Of a stretch of 64,000 nt of DNA, positions 1-14,849 are shown piece after piece. Every line of letters begins with the position of its first letter. The stretch's first letter is position 1. The DNA lies in contig SMSO01000032.1 in assembly GCA_004764695.1 (NCBI GenBank), positions 1,364,001 to 1,428,000 on the forward strand, in the 5' to 3' direction. The position numbers and the translations under genes are program-made. Source of the DNA: Schizochytrium sp. TIO01. Its lineage: Eukaryota; Protista; Bigyra: Labyrinthulomycetes. The notes below the pieces were generated by a model, which saw only the letters and a program-made list of their open reading frames with translations, ran no database searches and was not told the origin of the DNA.

Positions 1-1399
1 ACAGAATATATGTAGGAATGTTATAGATATAGCCTAATTGTGGTGGGAGAAAAATAACTATTAGCAATAGCATTGTTACCATTATTACGATGTTTATGAC
101 TTTATTAATTTGTTTAATTGTAATAGTAATTATTTTAGAAAGACAATTATAATTACCGTACCATTCGAGGTCTGTTCTGTTCTTGAGAGTTTATGACTTA
201 GGGTTGACTTTTGTTTTCGTTTAAATAGAAATCAAATGGCCCCAAAATCTGAAAGCAGACTTACTCAATTTTAAGAGAGAGTGAATGTGGCGAATCATTC
301 ATCGAAACAAATGAGAGACGTGAATCTGCACAATCTTCTTCACCATTATTCTCGTGCAACATATTCATAACATTCATTTTAGCAGGGAATCTGACTGTTT
401 CTGCCAGACAGAACATCTCGATCGGTCGTTTTCACTCTCGAATGAGTAGTACACAGATTGATAATTCGTCAATAACATCCCGAGCAGAGGAAACTGGGAA
501 CCAAGAGAACAAGTGACCCTCTTTCAGTCTCTCTTTCAGGTTCGAATTATTTAAGGCAGCCTACCTCCATTCAAGACATACTTTAAGCGCTTAAGTTTTT
601 CCCCTTCCTTCCTTGCTTATTATATTTCTATTTTTATTTTTTAATTAAAAACCAAAACCCAGTAATCAAATAAAAATTAATAATATAGCCTAGCTAGTAA
701 ACATTTTCAATTGTTTTCAATTGTTTACACAGTCAGGCCTGATGAAAGCATCATGAGGCGGCCTCCTGAATCATCAAACCGCGTCTAACTCGCATACCTA
801 CTCTTCTTCTGTTCTGACCAACCTATTTCTTGGCCAGCCTCTTGGCCGGCGGCGCAGACTTTCTCATGGTTTGCACGACCTCTCACCGAATTGAATAGTA
901 CCATCCATACCTACCGTTCAAGGTAATTGAAAGCTAATAAGCGTCTTTTAATTAACAAAACAGATGATTTCTCATTCGAACAACAGAAATATGGCGGCAC
1001 CACCGCGCCATAGACGCTCGCTCCCTTCTCATCCATCGGATGAATATGTTGGCCGTCGTGGACTCGTGGCAGTCCCGGCACCGCCGGCCATCTCGCTTTT
1101 CCCCGCCGCGGGGCGAGCACAGAGTCTGCGTCGGAATTGCGGAGGATCAAACATCGGCCTTCTGCTCGACTTCTTGAATGGCTGGAAAGGCCTACCCGGA
1201 GCCTCTTAAGGCTCTTCTGAGCTCAGCTCAGCTCAGCTCAACTCGACGACAAAAATCAAATGAGGGTTGAATGAACGAGGCAACGGAGACGAGCAATTCC
1301 CGTTCTCACCTTCGAGAACTGTAGCGCAAAGGTAGCTAGCTACCTGGTTTGTGTCCGCTGGAGTGATGTATTTATAATAAATTCTTAGAAGTAGAACTT

Positions 1400-4300
1400 C
1401 TTAAAGCCTGATTTTGACATGAAGAACGGCAAGTGGATTAACACATGTCTCGACATCTAAAATCTAAAGTTGGTATGAACCTAATTCATAACGAGGCAAA
1501 TATACGCAAATGAAGAAAGGCTTGAAGAGAAACAATGCGTCGAGGACAAATGGTGAAGCATGCTTTGCACGCGATGAAATGAATCACTTAGTGCACGTGC
1601 TCTCAATCTAAAAGTTCGCTTTTATTACCTCCTATCACGACTTTTTATAATTCACCAAGTAAGTACCTACATACCTTGCCTCGTTACCTTTTGTGATTTC
1701 CTTTTTTAACTTATTCTTCAAGTCGTTATTTTTTCTTTTAACAGGTTTTTATTTTTGTGGTGATTGTTGTGGTTTGATCATAATGATGTTTTAACCACTC
1801 GTGAGAGATACGAGCAAGTCGCAAATGAAATCGAGCAAGTGCTCTACTTTTTCCTCAGCTAGGAGGGTCTATCTTTACGATGCGGCGACGAAGTTTGGTT
1901 GAATAAGTAACAATCTTCTTCAATTTTGACATCAACATGGATTATATGCGAGCATTCAACTCCTCGATCGTGTCGTTATTGCTGGATGCAGATCAATCAC
2001 TCTTTTCTCAAACAAAAGAACTGTTTTCTCTTCTTAGTCGATTTTATACTATTGTACTTCATTTTAATAGCTACCTACTCACCGTATCAGGAACGACAAA
2101 AGGATCTAACGCTACAACCAGTGTTGGCCTTCGCCTCGTAGTGCTGCCGCAATTCAAAGTCGCAGCAACTTGGAAATCAACAAAAGCATGCTTTTGGCCT
2201 GAACTTGAAAAAACAAGCGTTCAAGCTTCAGAAGAACGAAGCATCGGTAGTCTCGAGCAGCCAATCATCCCAGCCGAATATCACCCTTACTTGCATACCT
2301 CTCCCAGGTAATTGCGATTGCGAGGACCAATCGGAGTCAAAGGCCGTGAAGAAGTCCAAATCAAATTTAACAGACAGCGCACGCAAAGTCGATCGACAAG
2401 CGAGCACTTGCAAAAAAGTGTTCAAGCTAACAGCAGCCAGGGTCAAAGTTTGGTTTGAGTGATTCGGATAACAACTTCAATTGATCAAAGTATTCTTTAT
2501 TGCTCACGGTTCCTGCATGACAAAGTAAAGGGACTATGGATTGACAGCATTTCAGCTGCCTCTTGCGATTTGTCTCAGGTTTGTTTTGGCTTCCCGGATG
2601 AAGGCGGCAAAGGAGCTTGTTTGCCCGCGCACTTGCCGCAGCATTCGAGCAGAAGTGGGCTGTGTAACAGTATTGTGTTTGTGAACGTGTGCAAAGATGT
2701 CTATGAGCCATCTCACCCCCCGTGAGAGATGGTATTCACAGCGAATGTCGCAGTAGAAATTCGCGACTTTTGATCTGACTTGAACAAGCTGCTTACAATT
2801 GTGTTCCTTTTTACCTTCAAGTTGGCTTTTCTTCTTCCTTTAAATTTTAAATAAACTCTTTCTGTTGCCTTCTTTTCTTCTTCTCTTTTTCAAATAAAGC
2901 GTCATCACTGCTATTCTTAGGGATAGGTATAGATGAGCTAACGAGGTTCCGGTTTAGCAAGAGTCCAAGAGCAAAGAGGAGCCCCGACTTACTCCGGCAT
3001 CGCGAAAGTATTTCTAATTCAGCCAGCTTCGTTCTTGATGTTGGGATCGCGAACATCGTTGCGGACTCATAGTTTGATTGGAATATTTCATCCATCTTGG
3101 AGTAGCAGGTTAATGTGCAGGATTAACTCAAGCTCTTACTTCGCATGCTTGTTATCGTACTATTTATTTATTTTACTTAGTGCCTAGCGCATTCCTCAGC
3201 TCCTTTATCTATCTATCTATATTACGAAACATGCGAAACATGCACCAAGATTATTCCAGCTTCGAATGAAGCACGTGAATACAAGTGCAGACGCAATCAG
3301 AGAGTTTCTAATTAGCTAGTTCTAGGTAGAAAGCTTTGGAATGTTGTGGAGGAATGGGCTAGAATAGGTTACGAGGTTCTGTATTTCGTGGGGAACTTGA
3401 GCACCGTTGTTTTAATCCAAGCAATCCGGTGGTCCGACTCCTGTGCCTCTATCCATGGAGTTGGCGATTCACTCAAAACGACATATTCCATTTCCCATTT
3501 AGAAAGCACTCATGGAGGCGACCCGCCATCTTGCTTTTCTTTTTTTATGATATACCATCAATTCTGTTTACCAAAGTTGTTAGTAGGTAGAATTTTTAGT
3601 TGTCGCGTCATGCATCATTAATTTTGCGAGGAAAATCAACTTGAAGATGAACATGCGAGACGATTTACAGTCAAACTACCGGTCTGGTCCGGGTCATGAA
3701 AACAGCTCAACAAAATTCACATCTACCAGAACTTTAGCGTGCTTGTCTTTTCTGTTTGTTTTCTTTTTTCTTTTTTTTCATAAGTCTGTAAGCTTTTCCA
3801 GCGTCCACGGCTAGAAAAACTCCCCTACTAATCGCACATCCTATAAAACTTGTGATGACTTTCCTGCACGTGCGATTATCCAAAATGCTTGCGGATCTTT
3901 ACCGCATACCAATCGAATGCTACAATGAGTTTTTTCATGTCGATTTGTGTGGCAGTTCGAAGTACGTTACTCCACCAAATGTTAAATCTGAAGATCTGAA
4001 GAATGCGGTCCAACCCAAGTTGCTCGAACAGCATATTGATTTTGAGGTGAAGTTAGCCTGATACTGAAGATCCACCTTTATTCACGCCACGAAGGTGGTA
4101 CAGCAAATGCTCTCGGACCGTTTTAAACAGCAGATCAAAGGGTTGACTTATTAAACTACTTCTTTTTCTTTTATGGTCTCCCTCCCGCGGAGCTGGAATA
4201 GGGCTAGCACCCACACGCTCTGGCGTCATACCATGTACAAGAGGTGATCCTGTTTTGCGCGCTACACTTTTGCCAGCAGAAAGAGAAGTAGACCGGGGCC

Positions 4301-5100
4301 CAACCAGCCCCAACTTATCCTTCTTGCAGGATCTTGCACGGACTCTCTCAGAACCTGCACATCGATTCTACAAACAAAAGAGCCAAGAAGCATCCCAAGG
4401 CAGGTAGGTAGATGTTGGTTGGTTAACATATATCCTTTCATTTAATGATGCTACTATTCTACTGCAGAGTTTCAACGCAAAACTCACAACTTGCATCTTA
4501 CAGCTTGGATTCGAACCACTTGGAGCGACTTGCCAATATAGCACAAATATACCCTGCATGCAACACTTGGAAAGAGTTTAAAACCTCAAGATTTGATCTG
4601 ACCATAACCGTTGGAACTCATCGCACTCTTTTGAAGCCATTTGGTTGGTTTGCATTATTCTATTATACCTAACTTTACATCTCAACAGTGAGCTTTCAAC
4701 TTGAAGGAGAGATTCCCCGAGACACCGGTCGAAGCTAGGCAAACCAGCAAGTTCTCATAGAAAACAATATAAAGTATTTAAACTCGTATGAGATTCTTGA
4801 ACGTAAGAACGGGCGACAGCCACCCAATCGGGAAATTCTTAACAAACTTGTCTATTGTTTACTATAGTACCAAGTATGAATAAAATAATAGTCGCCAGGC
4901 TATCTTTTAGTTCCCAAAAAAATCAGCATTAGAGAAGAGAACTTCGAGAACCTTCCTGATGATCAACACTGACACTCACTCCCTTATAAAGTGGCTTGTT
5001 TTGTAAACTTCTTTTATTCCTTCATGCCTGGCTGCAAGGCACAGCTCTGTATTGCGTCAGAAAGCCAGGTTCACTTCACGTGCCGGAGTCTGCGGAGTCT
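1400..5100 (+). pseudogene. Decayed array of kinesin-light-chain-like (TPR_10/TPR_12) TPR repeats
   Basis: Frameshift-tolerant translation matches the consensus ALxIxExxLGxxHPxxAxxLxNLAxxYxxxGxYxEA. Fragments: 4787-4880 YEILERKN/GDSHPIGKFLTNLSIVYYSTKYE; ~2264-2302 IIPAEYHPYLHTS; 2690-2719 CKDVYEPSHP; 3499-3531 LESTHGGDPPS; 4285-4347 EVDRGPTSPNLSFLQDLARTL; ~4508-4552 DSNHLERLANIAQIY. Many stops and indels; boundaries approximate. Confidence 0.62.
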
Positions 5101-5499
5101 GCTTGTCTATAAGTAACTAATTGTTTTTTATCGTCAGAAGTCTTTCTTGGTTTGGCCAAGCCTAGTAATAGCTATATGGCCCCTACCTAGTTTGTCCAGA
5201 AAACTGCACTTCACGCGCTCAATTATATAAGAGTTCACCTATTTACGACATATACATATCATGCAACTGTTTTCTTCCTCTTTACTAAAGAACAGAACAA
5301 TATATACTTTTAAAGGCTATTGAAAGTGGTACTTTGTTTTCCCTTTTCTTTTTCTTGTTTCATAACTTAATTTTTTTCATTAAGATTAAAAGTTAAAAAA
5401 CATTTATTTTAAAAAAATCAAGTTAAATCATTTATTTATTTTGAAAATTTTGTTTTAATTTTAAATATATATAATTATGTTCTTTTCCTGGCAGGAAAG

Positions 5500-8400
5500 A
5501 ACAGTGTGTAGTTCAAAGCATGGAGATTGGCCTACAAGCATATACACTGTAGAGTCTACACAACTTCGAGAGAAGACACAGAAACAATGTGGATAACTTT
5601 AAAGAAAGGTCTTCTGCATATAGTATGTAGATGTTTAGGGGCAAAGTTAGCTCTTTGCGGCTTCTCGTTTGGAAAGAAGAATAAAATAAACTTTTTTTTA
5701 AAGTGACTATGAGCTCTCTAAAGTGCGATTGTGCACAAGGGCGTGGCGCTTGCACAACTCTCGATCTACTCAAGCAGATCTTCTACTGTTTAGAGCTTCA
5801 CACTCTTTCTCGCGATCTCACCACATAGCACCTAGGTTGCGCAGCTCCCAGAAAGCCCACCCTCTCGGCAGTCCTTCTAGGGCATGAGTTGCCGCGGCTC
5901 TCAGAACTTAGTGCAATCTGTGTGCTTTGATTTGCTTTGCTTTCTATAACAATCAACGATTTAACGCGGCTGATCCAAAGCGGAGGAAGGAGGAAATGGG
6001 CTTGTGAATGCAGACACAGCTCCTGTCGTCGGAGCGCGTGCAGTTGACGAGAGTCTCGTACTAGCAAGAAATTATTACCAAGACCGACTTTGGTGATTTT
6101 GATCTTCTGATTTATTGTGCAGCACGCGTCGAATGGCGCCTTTGCAAGACCGCTGCGAGGAAGAAGATGGCTAGGCATCACTGTGTTTTCTACTTTTTAC
6201 ACTTTATAATTATTTGCCCGTTCAAAATCATTCACAGTAGGGCAGCACATGCCCGCCACACTTTCCAATGCATGTGCAAGGTAGTTGTTCACCATGAGGG
6301 AGCCGCCTCTGGCGCCTTACTCACGAAACAAGGCTGCCGCAGACGCTGCCGCAGGCTGATCAGTAGGTGGCTGCTTAGCCAAGGAAGTGTTTAGCTCTTC
6401 GGTTCACTCAAAAGCCGACGAGTGCAGAGGTGTCATCGCTGAGCTGGTTGATTGATTGGATTATTTTTAACATCTTTTACACCTGCGTGCTAATTATACA
6501 TGCATTTAAAACATGAAAAGCTGGATCCTGGTGGTGAACCACGATGGCCTAGAACGGATTCGATAAATATGGTCGATGTGAGATTTGTTCGAGGAATAAA
6601 TTAGCTAGATAGATAGTTTGAAGATGTTGCCTGCTCTATCACTAAATCAGGCAATGAGAATTATTTTATATCACGAGACGAGGCGTGAACTAAGAAGAAA
6701 TCAAGACGCCGGGAACCAGAGATCGGCCATCTGAAATTCATCGCAAACGTCGCACAAATCTAAACATCTCCTGATGAGTACAACGACATGCGCGACACAC
6801 TTGGTTTTAGCTACTTGCCCGTGTGCAAGTAAGACCTCTGTAAGTAAACAAAGTCTCTCGCTCATTTTAACACATCTTCGCACATTAGGCACACCTTCTT
6901 GCCCATTTCTCCGAGTCACTTTTATCTTGAACAGCTATAGCTACTGGGCATCACTTTGAGAGTGGTTTCCTCATACAATCTGCATCCGGTCCGATTCGTG
7001 CGTGTCGTTGGCCTTAGCTAAGTGTCACAACTCGTCAATTCTTCAGGTGTCCAGCATTTACACTCCTCCGAATCGCATGCTTCATTGAGGCCCTGGAAGG
7101 TGTGGTCATCTTAAATTAGCCCACCAAACCCGCCAGAGTGAGTGTGCTCGACGCACAGAGTAGGTATACCATTCTTCTCAAAGCCATAGTTTAAAGGTCT
7201 TGGTTAATCTCGGCCTTCATATTGGCAGGACTGCTCACTTCACTGAGGAGGTAGTAAAACAAAGCACTCGACTGAGCGCACTGATTGCAAAATAGCGATC
7301 GAGCGAGCGGGGTCCTGCCACGCTCTCTGCGGACCCCCAACTGCGAAGTGCTCAGTGCCAGTAATTAGCCAAAAGAGTAAATATAGAGAAACTAACTTGG
7401 ATATTGATGTAGCTTAGCTACCTACTACGTATCTATCTACCTAAGGTAGAACATAGCACGCACAGTGCCAGATATACAAAATGAAGCAGCAAAAATACCT
7501 TGTTGTGTCTATTATGCTTATTTCTCTAGAGGGGGATGCAGCAAGATATCCCCCTTTCTGCCTTGCGTAAGAAATAAGCGGTGATTAAAAGTGAGACATT
7601 ACAAAAACGGAGATAATCCAATAATATGTATCAATGAATTTCCAAATTTCTCTATGCTTTTTACTTATAGGATGTTTTACTTTTACTTGAACGAATATGA
7701 CGGGATGAATAGATTTTTCATTATATTGCTACATGGCATCCTTCGTCATTGTTTACTCGCTTCCCAAATGTGCTTGCTTGATTGCTCTTACCTTCAGCCA
7801 GATTGATCCAAGAAATATGCCAAGGCAGCTTTGGGCTTGTCCGAAAATTAGGGCTCATGCAAGCAAAGATGGAGCGCTCGATATGGCCATGCGCTCAACA
7901 AAAAGCACCGGAGTACCAACTGAGGAGGTAGATAGGTACTAACTAGGTAGTCTGATAAGTTACGATACAGAGAAAACTAACTACCTTTTATATTTTGTAA
8001 GCTTATTTTGTAGCACTGCCTCCTATAACCAATTCCCTCTGCGGGCTTGTCTGTCATTAATCTGCCCTGAGTGCGGCTTGTTTGCAGATTTTGATAAAAC
8101 CGAGCAGGAATGACCACTTTCTCGATATAGCCATCACGGCTCTTGCACTATCAATGTATGTATCTATCTATATGACCAGCGCTCAGTCACGCGAGGGATG
8201 CTGATGCCACCACTTCCACAACTTCAAGAGTATCTCTTCAAGTTTGTAAAGGTAAGATGCAAAGTCGTCACCAGCACGTGCGGGAAAGCGCCTTTTTATG
8301 TATCTAAAATAAAAAGGCAAAGTGCGACCAAGATCTTGCAGCGATTAAAATATTTCAAGACAGCCCGATTGCTTGGGCCAATGATGAGTGTAATATAAGA

Positions 8401-11400
8401 GGCATGACCCGGACAGTGGCCGCAGCAGCCTGAGGCTCTCGTATCCTGATCGCTATACAATCGACCTGCAATTTGCTTCGTCATAGATCATGCATGATCC
8501 AGTCATGAAGGAAGAGTAAAGACAAAAGTAATTGTCAAGCAAGCCTGAATAGAAAGCTAATTGCAATCAAACACGTCTCTGCACATCCCACTCAGTCGCA
8601 CTCGATTTATATTGAAGAAATTAGAGAAGTAATTATCATGGCTAAGATCTCGGGCGAGTCGACAAGTCATTTCAAGTTAGCCTCTACACTGAGCAGCAGG
8701 AAGTTGCGACGTCAGGAAGTACTAAAAGAGCGAGAACAACTTGAGTAGCATCATTAGAAAAAATGTCATAAAGATCGCAATATAGTCCATGAGACGTGAT
8801 AAACTTGATTTTACTTGGATTCATCTTTAGATGCTTCAACATCGTGAATAAATATGCGAGAATGAAACTTTACGGCCTCATTTCTTCATATTAAGTGTGT
8901 TGTGTTCTTTTGTTCTTTTAGGAGAGGCATGCAACTCTGGACCTGGTGTATATATTGTATTTGGTTTTTAAATAAAGTTTTATTCTCAACCTTTTTATTA
9001 TTTTTTAAAATTTGATTTATTTTTTTATTTTAAATATATATTAAAATTTTGGAATGAAAAAAAAAGTTCTCTCTATCCTTGAATATTTAAAAAGAACTAA
9101 ATAGCTGAATAAACAAACTTATAAAAGGAACATATAAGTTTCGTTCGGAGGAATTCAAGGCTCTTTCTTACTCCTGGGGAACTCGACGCGTAGTAGCAAC
9201 ACAAGAATGCTCATCGTCCCTCACCGTCCTAACCTCTGAAAGGTTACAGCATTGCATAATCTTCAGTCTGTCCTGTCCATATATTAGGGAATCTTGAACA
9301 CTCGTCATGCTCGTGGCAATTTCGAGAAATTGCACCAATTTAAAAAACTATTGAACAGCATTGTATGCTTCCTGCGCCACCAGCGTGGCCCACCACCTTT
9401 TGTTATGACATACTACTTATTAATTAATCGTTCGTTCTTTATTATTAATTTTAAACCTCCTTTTATCCTCCTTCGAACCATTCCTGAATACCAGTTACTA
9501 TAATAACAGTTAATATCGCAATGAACCTTTTGATATCCCTTCCAAATAACCTCCACCACTTATTGAAATAGTTAACAATCATCTATTAGGTAGTGAGTGC
9601 TCCCTTTACTTTTCTCCCTTTCCTTTTCAATAATAAATATACTAAGACCTAAAATTAAAAACTCTCACTTTCATTCCTTTTAAGCAAAAGCGCCCCCAGC
9701 TAACTACCAACGCACTGACCTACGCACAAAAATCACGAAAACGACATTGGGACCACTACTGTGGGAAGGGGACATCATGTATAAGTCGCGGGGCTCCATC
9801 TTGTTTACATTCCCACAGCTTCGTTTGGCGGAGTATTTTATTTTGAAGTAATGATAACTTGAAGATCGGCAGGTAAGGAAGCACCTGAAAGCTTATTCGA
9901 AGCAGGCGCGAGGGTAGGTAGTAAATGCTTTGCGCCCAGGACCTTCCGAGATTCCCCAGCGCAGTGATTGATACGTCCTGAGGAGTGGGCGTTATTGCCT
10001 ATTCATGGGTGTGAACGTGGTCCCAGGGCGACCACTAGTGACGAGGTATTTTTCTGGTTTCTTTCAGCTTCCTCCTGTCCCTGCTCCTTCCCACCCAAAG
10101 GTTGTCGCATTTGCACATGCCATCTCACCTCACTTAGTTCATCCATTGATTTATTGATTCGGCTGCGCCTTTCCCATAACAGACTCTCGAGGTATGTGCT
10201 TCCTTGTTTGTTTTGATTGATTGATACACTCCATTCCCTCATTCATTGGGAAAGCGACTGATTGATAGACACGGTGATTGATCATTGTTTCAAATTGCCT
10301 TCCTCCTCCAGACTTAAGGCAGTCGCGGAGTCGCTCTCCGAGTTCCTACACCTCGCCTTCTCGCTGATGGCTGCTTGAAACGAGTTCTCTCTTCTGACTT
10401 GCTTAGCCTCGCTCGCTCACCTACTGAGTAGATGGCAGTCTCCACGACTGTCTGTCGTGAGCGGTGAAGGTTTCGTCAGTCTCGAGTTTCTTTCTCCGGT
10501 TTCTAGACGCTAGAAATCTCAGCTGCCTTGCTAAATCATCCTCTCCGAAGGCGTTGAATGAACTCACTCTGTTGAACTATGCTACCTATGTCATCTACAA
10601 CGCGAGAACTCCTCTCATAATAAGAGCCGCGAGCCGGGCCATGTTCACCCCCAATAAGAGAAACCGACCAAAGGCTCTCTTTTCCGCTGTCCGCCTGGCC
10701 CAAGCAGGCTTAACCAACTGATTTCCTGGCCTCAGAACGTAACCAGGGCCGCTCAAACCTGCTCTTTGCCTAATCTTCGGTCAATATTTGCTTAATCTTG
10801 GCTCAATCTTGGGTCACCAAGCTGTGAAAAGGACTCCAAGTTGTGCATCACATTCACGTGTAACAGCGCCAAGTGCGATGGAGTGAACTAGGCTTGACTA
10901 GGCACCTACTAGTTCTACCAGCTATGCTATACCTTCCAATGAGAAGAAAACAGAGAACGTGCCAGAGTGAGGAAGCGTGTGCTATCACAAATGAGTAGGA
11001 CTCTGGTAAGGCCCGCGCGCGCACTCGAAAGAAAAAAAAAGAGCCACCAAAGTGCCGTCTAATGCTAGGCCCATATAACGCCAACTGGAATGCGCAGGTG
11101 CTCTCCTTCCTCTACATACCGCGTACTGGAGTCATTAAAGGCGTTGCTTGCAGCTCGGACTTGAACGAGTGAGCACGCCGCCACTCCAACCTCTATGACC
11201 TGTCGACAGCTGCTTCGATATGCCTTCCTGGCACCAGGCGGGAGCGTTTCGCAGTGCCTTTGGGAGTAGTGTAGAGTTGGAGAAGGCGGAGGTGCTGTCT
11301 GTTATTAGGATCTTACTAGTTTTGTTTTCTATTCTGGTGCTGTTTTGGTTTTTTATTGATTGATTTGATAAATCACTCTGAAAGAGAAACGAAACTGGAG

Positions 11401-13300
11401 CACAGAAGTACAACTTGAAAAGTACGCAGTAAGACTACGAGTGATCGGGGTCCAAAGCGGGGAAAGGGGCTCTGAGCGAGGATTTGACGAGACAAGCTCC
11501 TTTTTTAAGGGTGTGGAGGTGTCGGTTTCCTACTTCAGCAAATTATTTTTTGGGTGGTCGATATCAGCAGATTTCATGCAGACTTACACATGGTTCTCTC
11601 TCTATTCACCTACACCCGTTGCAACAGAGCGCATTGCAGACTGCTTAATGGAAGTGGTGCAAAGAACTCTTTGGCTGAATACGAGAAATTTGCTTAGAAG
11701 ATGTTTATCGCATTTGCTATCAATTCCCCTGTACGAAACGAATGAACAGATTCGAAAGAGGTCTACAGTATTAACCGAGTAACAGCAATCAAAACTTGAA
11801 ACTTTTCGCGAACATCAACCTCTAATAAACACCACATACATGACGCAAAGTTATACGAATAGTCCGTCGAGGAGTAAGTATAGCAGTGGCTGTGACGATT
11901 TGTGTCCCAGGAGGAAACGGACACGGAAAGCTTGTGAGAACAGATATCTATATCGACGACCATCCTTGCTTATTAGCTGGATTTTGCCATATTGTATTGA
12001 TCACCCAGAAATTTTGAAACACAAGATGATGTCGTGGCTAATTTAGAACCTTTTTGGCTTTCATCTGCTTGTACTTTTTCTTTCCAAACTTAGTACCGCA
12101 GCCAATGAATCTCGAAAGCTCCTTTCTGCTACCACCCACCTGCTTCCATTAATACAACATGATTAACCCTTCTCGCCGAGATCTTTTCTTGTCTCGTAAC
12201 TATGTTGAGCTTTTTCTTTTTCTTCTTGATCGATCACGCGGTAATTTTGACCCCAAAATACAACTAATTCTAGCTACTATAGCAAATGTTTTGTTCTTGC
12301 AAAAGAAAACCATTTCCAAGGTTTCTTGATTCGAGTCTTTAAATGTAGGTATGGCCCCAAATACCATCCCGAAGCTATCTTGCCTTTCCTGGTGCCTTAT
12401 GCACAAAAAAGCCAAGTCGGTTTTTCCTAAACCAACGAAACCAGCACAACGACATCCACCGCAGCTGTTCCGCCAGTCTTCGTCAAGCTAGCCTTTTGCA
12501 AAAGCACTCGCGCTCTTTTCATCTCAGAATACTTCCCCCTTTCACATCTTCCGAGTCATTGTTTTGACAAAGGACTCACAGGAGTAGCCTCTGACTACTG
12601 AGAGTCGCATTTTCTATGGGAGCGCATCATCATATAAGTGTTAACTCAGCTGTGCGGCACGTAAATACGCGCTCCTCCTCGACATACTTGCGAAGAAGTT
12701 TTTCAGTCCATTCGAAATTCAAGCAAAACAATCAAATGAATCCACCTTCCACCGCTGTGCACAATAGAAAGCCTAGCTCAGCGGCAGCTGGAAGAGAGGA
12801 AGCGCCAACCAGGCCCCTCCCCGCTTCTCTTTCATAGAGCGTTCCCCCGTAGGCCTTGGCGATTCCATTCAAGTTGCCCCTCACCCACCATGAATGGCAG
12901 GCAGCCTACTTATTACTTACTTATTACTTCTTGTCTCAAGCTCACAACGGATAGCTCCAATAGAAATGTATCATTTCTAAATAATAGAAATCAAAGCCAA
13001 GTAATTTTCTCTCGAATCAGATTCAAAGAAATGGTCTCAAAGTCTACAGTAGTGAGTACAAAATTGTGCGCTGATGGCGCGACTTGAGAGTATTCGTTGA
13101 GCTTGAGTTTAGATTCCTGTAGCCATCTATCTCGCGGGAAGAGCGACTTCGAAGATTTGCAAAATATGAGCCCTCGCTTCTTCGTACCTTGAGTTCTTCC
13201 CTCTCATTAATAAGAGCGACAGATATCCCACAGCCAGGCTGCTCTGCTCAGCGACTGTGGAAGAGGAAACAAGGTCGGGTTCCCCCTTCAGCCATACTAT
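5500..13300 (+). pseudogene. Decayed KLC-like TPR array, continued (interrupted by AT-rich tracts)
   Basis: 8109-8138 NDHFLDIAIT; ~8324-8380 ATKILQRLKYFKTARLLGP; 10788-10820 LLNLGSILGHQ; 11996-12016 IDHPEIL; 12350-12373 YGPKYHPE; ORF 11441-11782 contains IADCLMEV...NTRNLLRRCL. Boundaries approximate. Confidence 0.52.
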
Positions 13301-13870
13301 TATTATCCCGCAGCTCCACGCCAAACCCCGCATTTTCTTTTTTTTAATAAAGGTGCTACACTACGCCTCTAATAAGCTTCACTAAAAATTCCTCAGCATC
13401 TCAATCGCCCTTTTTCAATGCCCAAACAGAGAACTTTTCCCCACAGATTTGAAGTCACTACGAGGGAACACCTTCCTTTCTCCCCGCAGTGAAGACACAT
13501 AGCCGCTCTGATGAGAATCCTCCAGCAGCCTTGGTGTCACAATCCGATCGGCTCTAAATCCGCACCCCTCCCTCTCAGACTGGATCTTTTTACGCTACCT
13601 CCCTCTTTTCTATATCCGCACAGAAACGCTCGAAATTGCACACTTCTCCACTCCTATCGGTGGCTACTACAATTGCTGCTATGAGCTGCGATTCACGAAT
13701 CGTGAACGTGCGTCCTAAGCTTTAATTTCTCAAACTCTTTAATTAATTCTAAATTCTAAACGGAAAGAACGCGAGCGGAGGTACCGCCATAGCCCCCCTT
13801 AACCGCGTCTTACCTCCCTCCCTCCCTCCCTCCCTGCTAGCTGGCTGAGAGTCCCTGCTAGCTGGCTGGA

Positions 13871-13918
13871 GAACGAAAGAACGAAAGAACGAAAGAACGA
13901 AAGAACGAAAGAACGAAA
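13871..13918. repeat. (GAACGAAA)6 tandem repeat
   Basis: Six perfect 8-bp units. Just upstream are a (CTCC)n tract and a direct repeat of ccctgctagctggctg. Confidence 0.95.
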
Positions 13919-14849
13919 GAGGGAGAGAGAAACAAAAAGGAGTAAGGCCAGCTAGCTGCTACTACGAACACTGCCTCCCAGAAACGGAGGTGAAAACTTC
14001 GCTCGCTCGTTCTCTTTTTTGCGAGAGAAGGGTGAGTTGAGCGCTTTGTTTGTGTATCAATCATAGGTATTTGTCCTTTTTAAATCTCAAGGTTCGTTGC
14101 GAAGGTGAATCGTGAACGAGCACGGCACGGAAAGAAAGCTATGCCCGCTAGGAGTCGGCTACACAGCGGTAGCGCCCCTTGGCACGACTCGATGAACGGA
14201 GATGACGAACAGGCGGAAAAAGGGACAGGAAGTTGAAAGAAGGATAAATAGATAGATAGATGGAAAGGTATAAGCAATGAATGAATCAGTGAAGGATTCA
14301 TTACATCAACAGAAGAGCAGAATGACTTTAGCTGAAAGGAAAGAGGAGCAGAAGGTGGGAACCGATAGACTTGGAGCAGGAAATGGGTGTGAGTAAATAA
14401 GAGGCACTCTGTCCGCGCGTAGTTGGCTTTCTCGTGCGTCATCTCCTTGCTGCTTTTGCGCAAGTTCTCTTTTCTTTTGTTTGCTTTGCATTGAATACTT
14501 ATTTCTTTATTTTATTAGCTCTCTTACTGTTAATTGTAAGCACCCCTCATGAAATAAGCGCTGTTATTTGCAATTCTTTCAGATACTGAGTGATTGTGTT
14601 TTTCCTTTCAAAGTTCTGTCTCTGAAACATGAATGTTTATCAAATTCGAAGAAATTACTATTCTATGTACATTAGTTATGCTTGCTACTGTAAGAAGCTC
14701 TTTTACATTATTATTTTTCGGCATACCTAGATACTCTTTAATTAATTATAGAAATTTATTAGTTATCTTTTAAATTAATACTAGATACATAGATTCATAC
14801 GATATTATTACTTTTACTTTCAGAAAAGAATAAAACGCGCCGCCGTTCT

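Noticed and set aside
1920-2080. Minus-strand VAIK…HIIHVDVK kinase-like words
   Set aside because: Spacing is about half that of a kinase; no DFG or APE.
4180-4560. Ty3/gypsy integrase-like remnant (FCQQK…LHID…SNHLER)
   Set aside because: The distance between motifs is far too short, there is no RT, RNase H or LTR nearby, and overlapping frames match TPR units.
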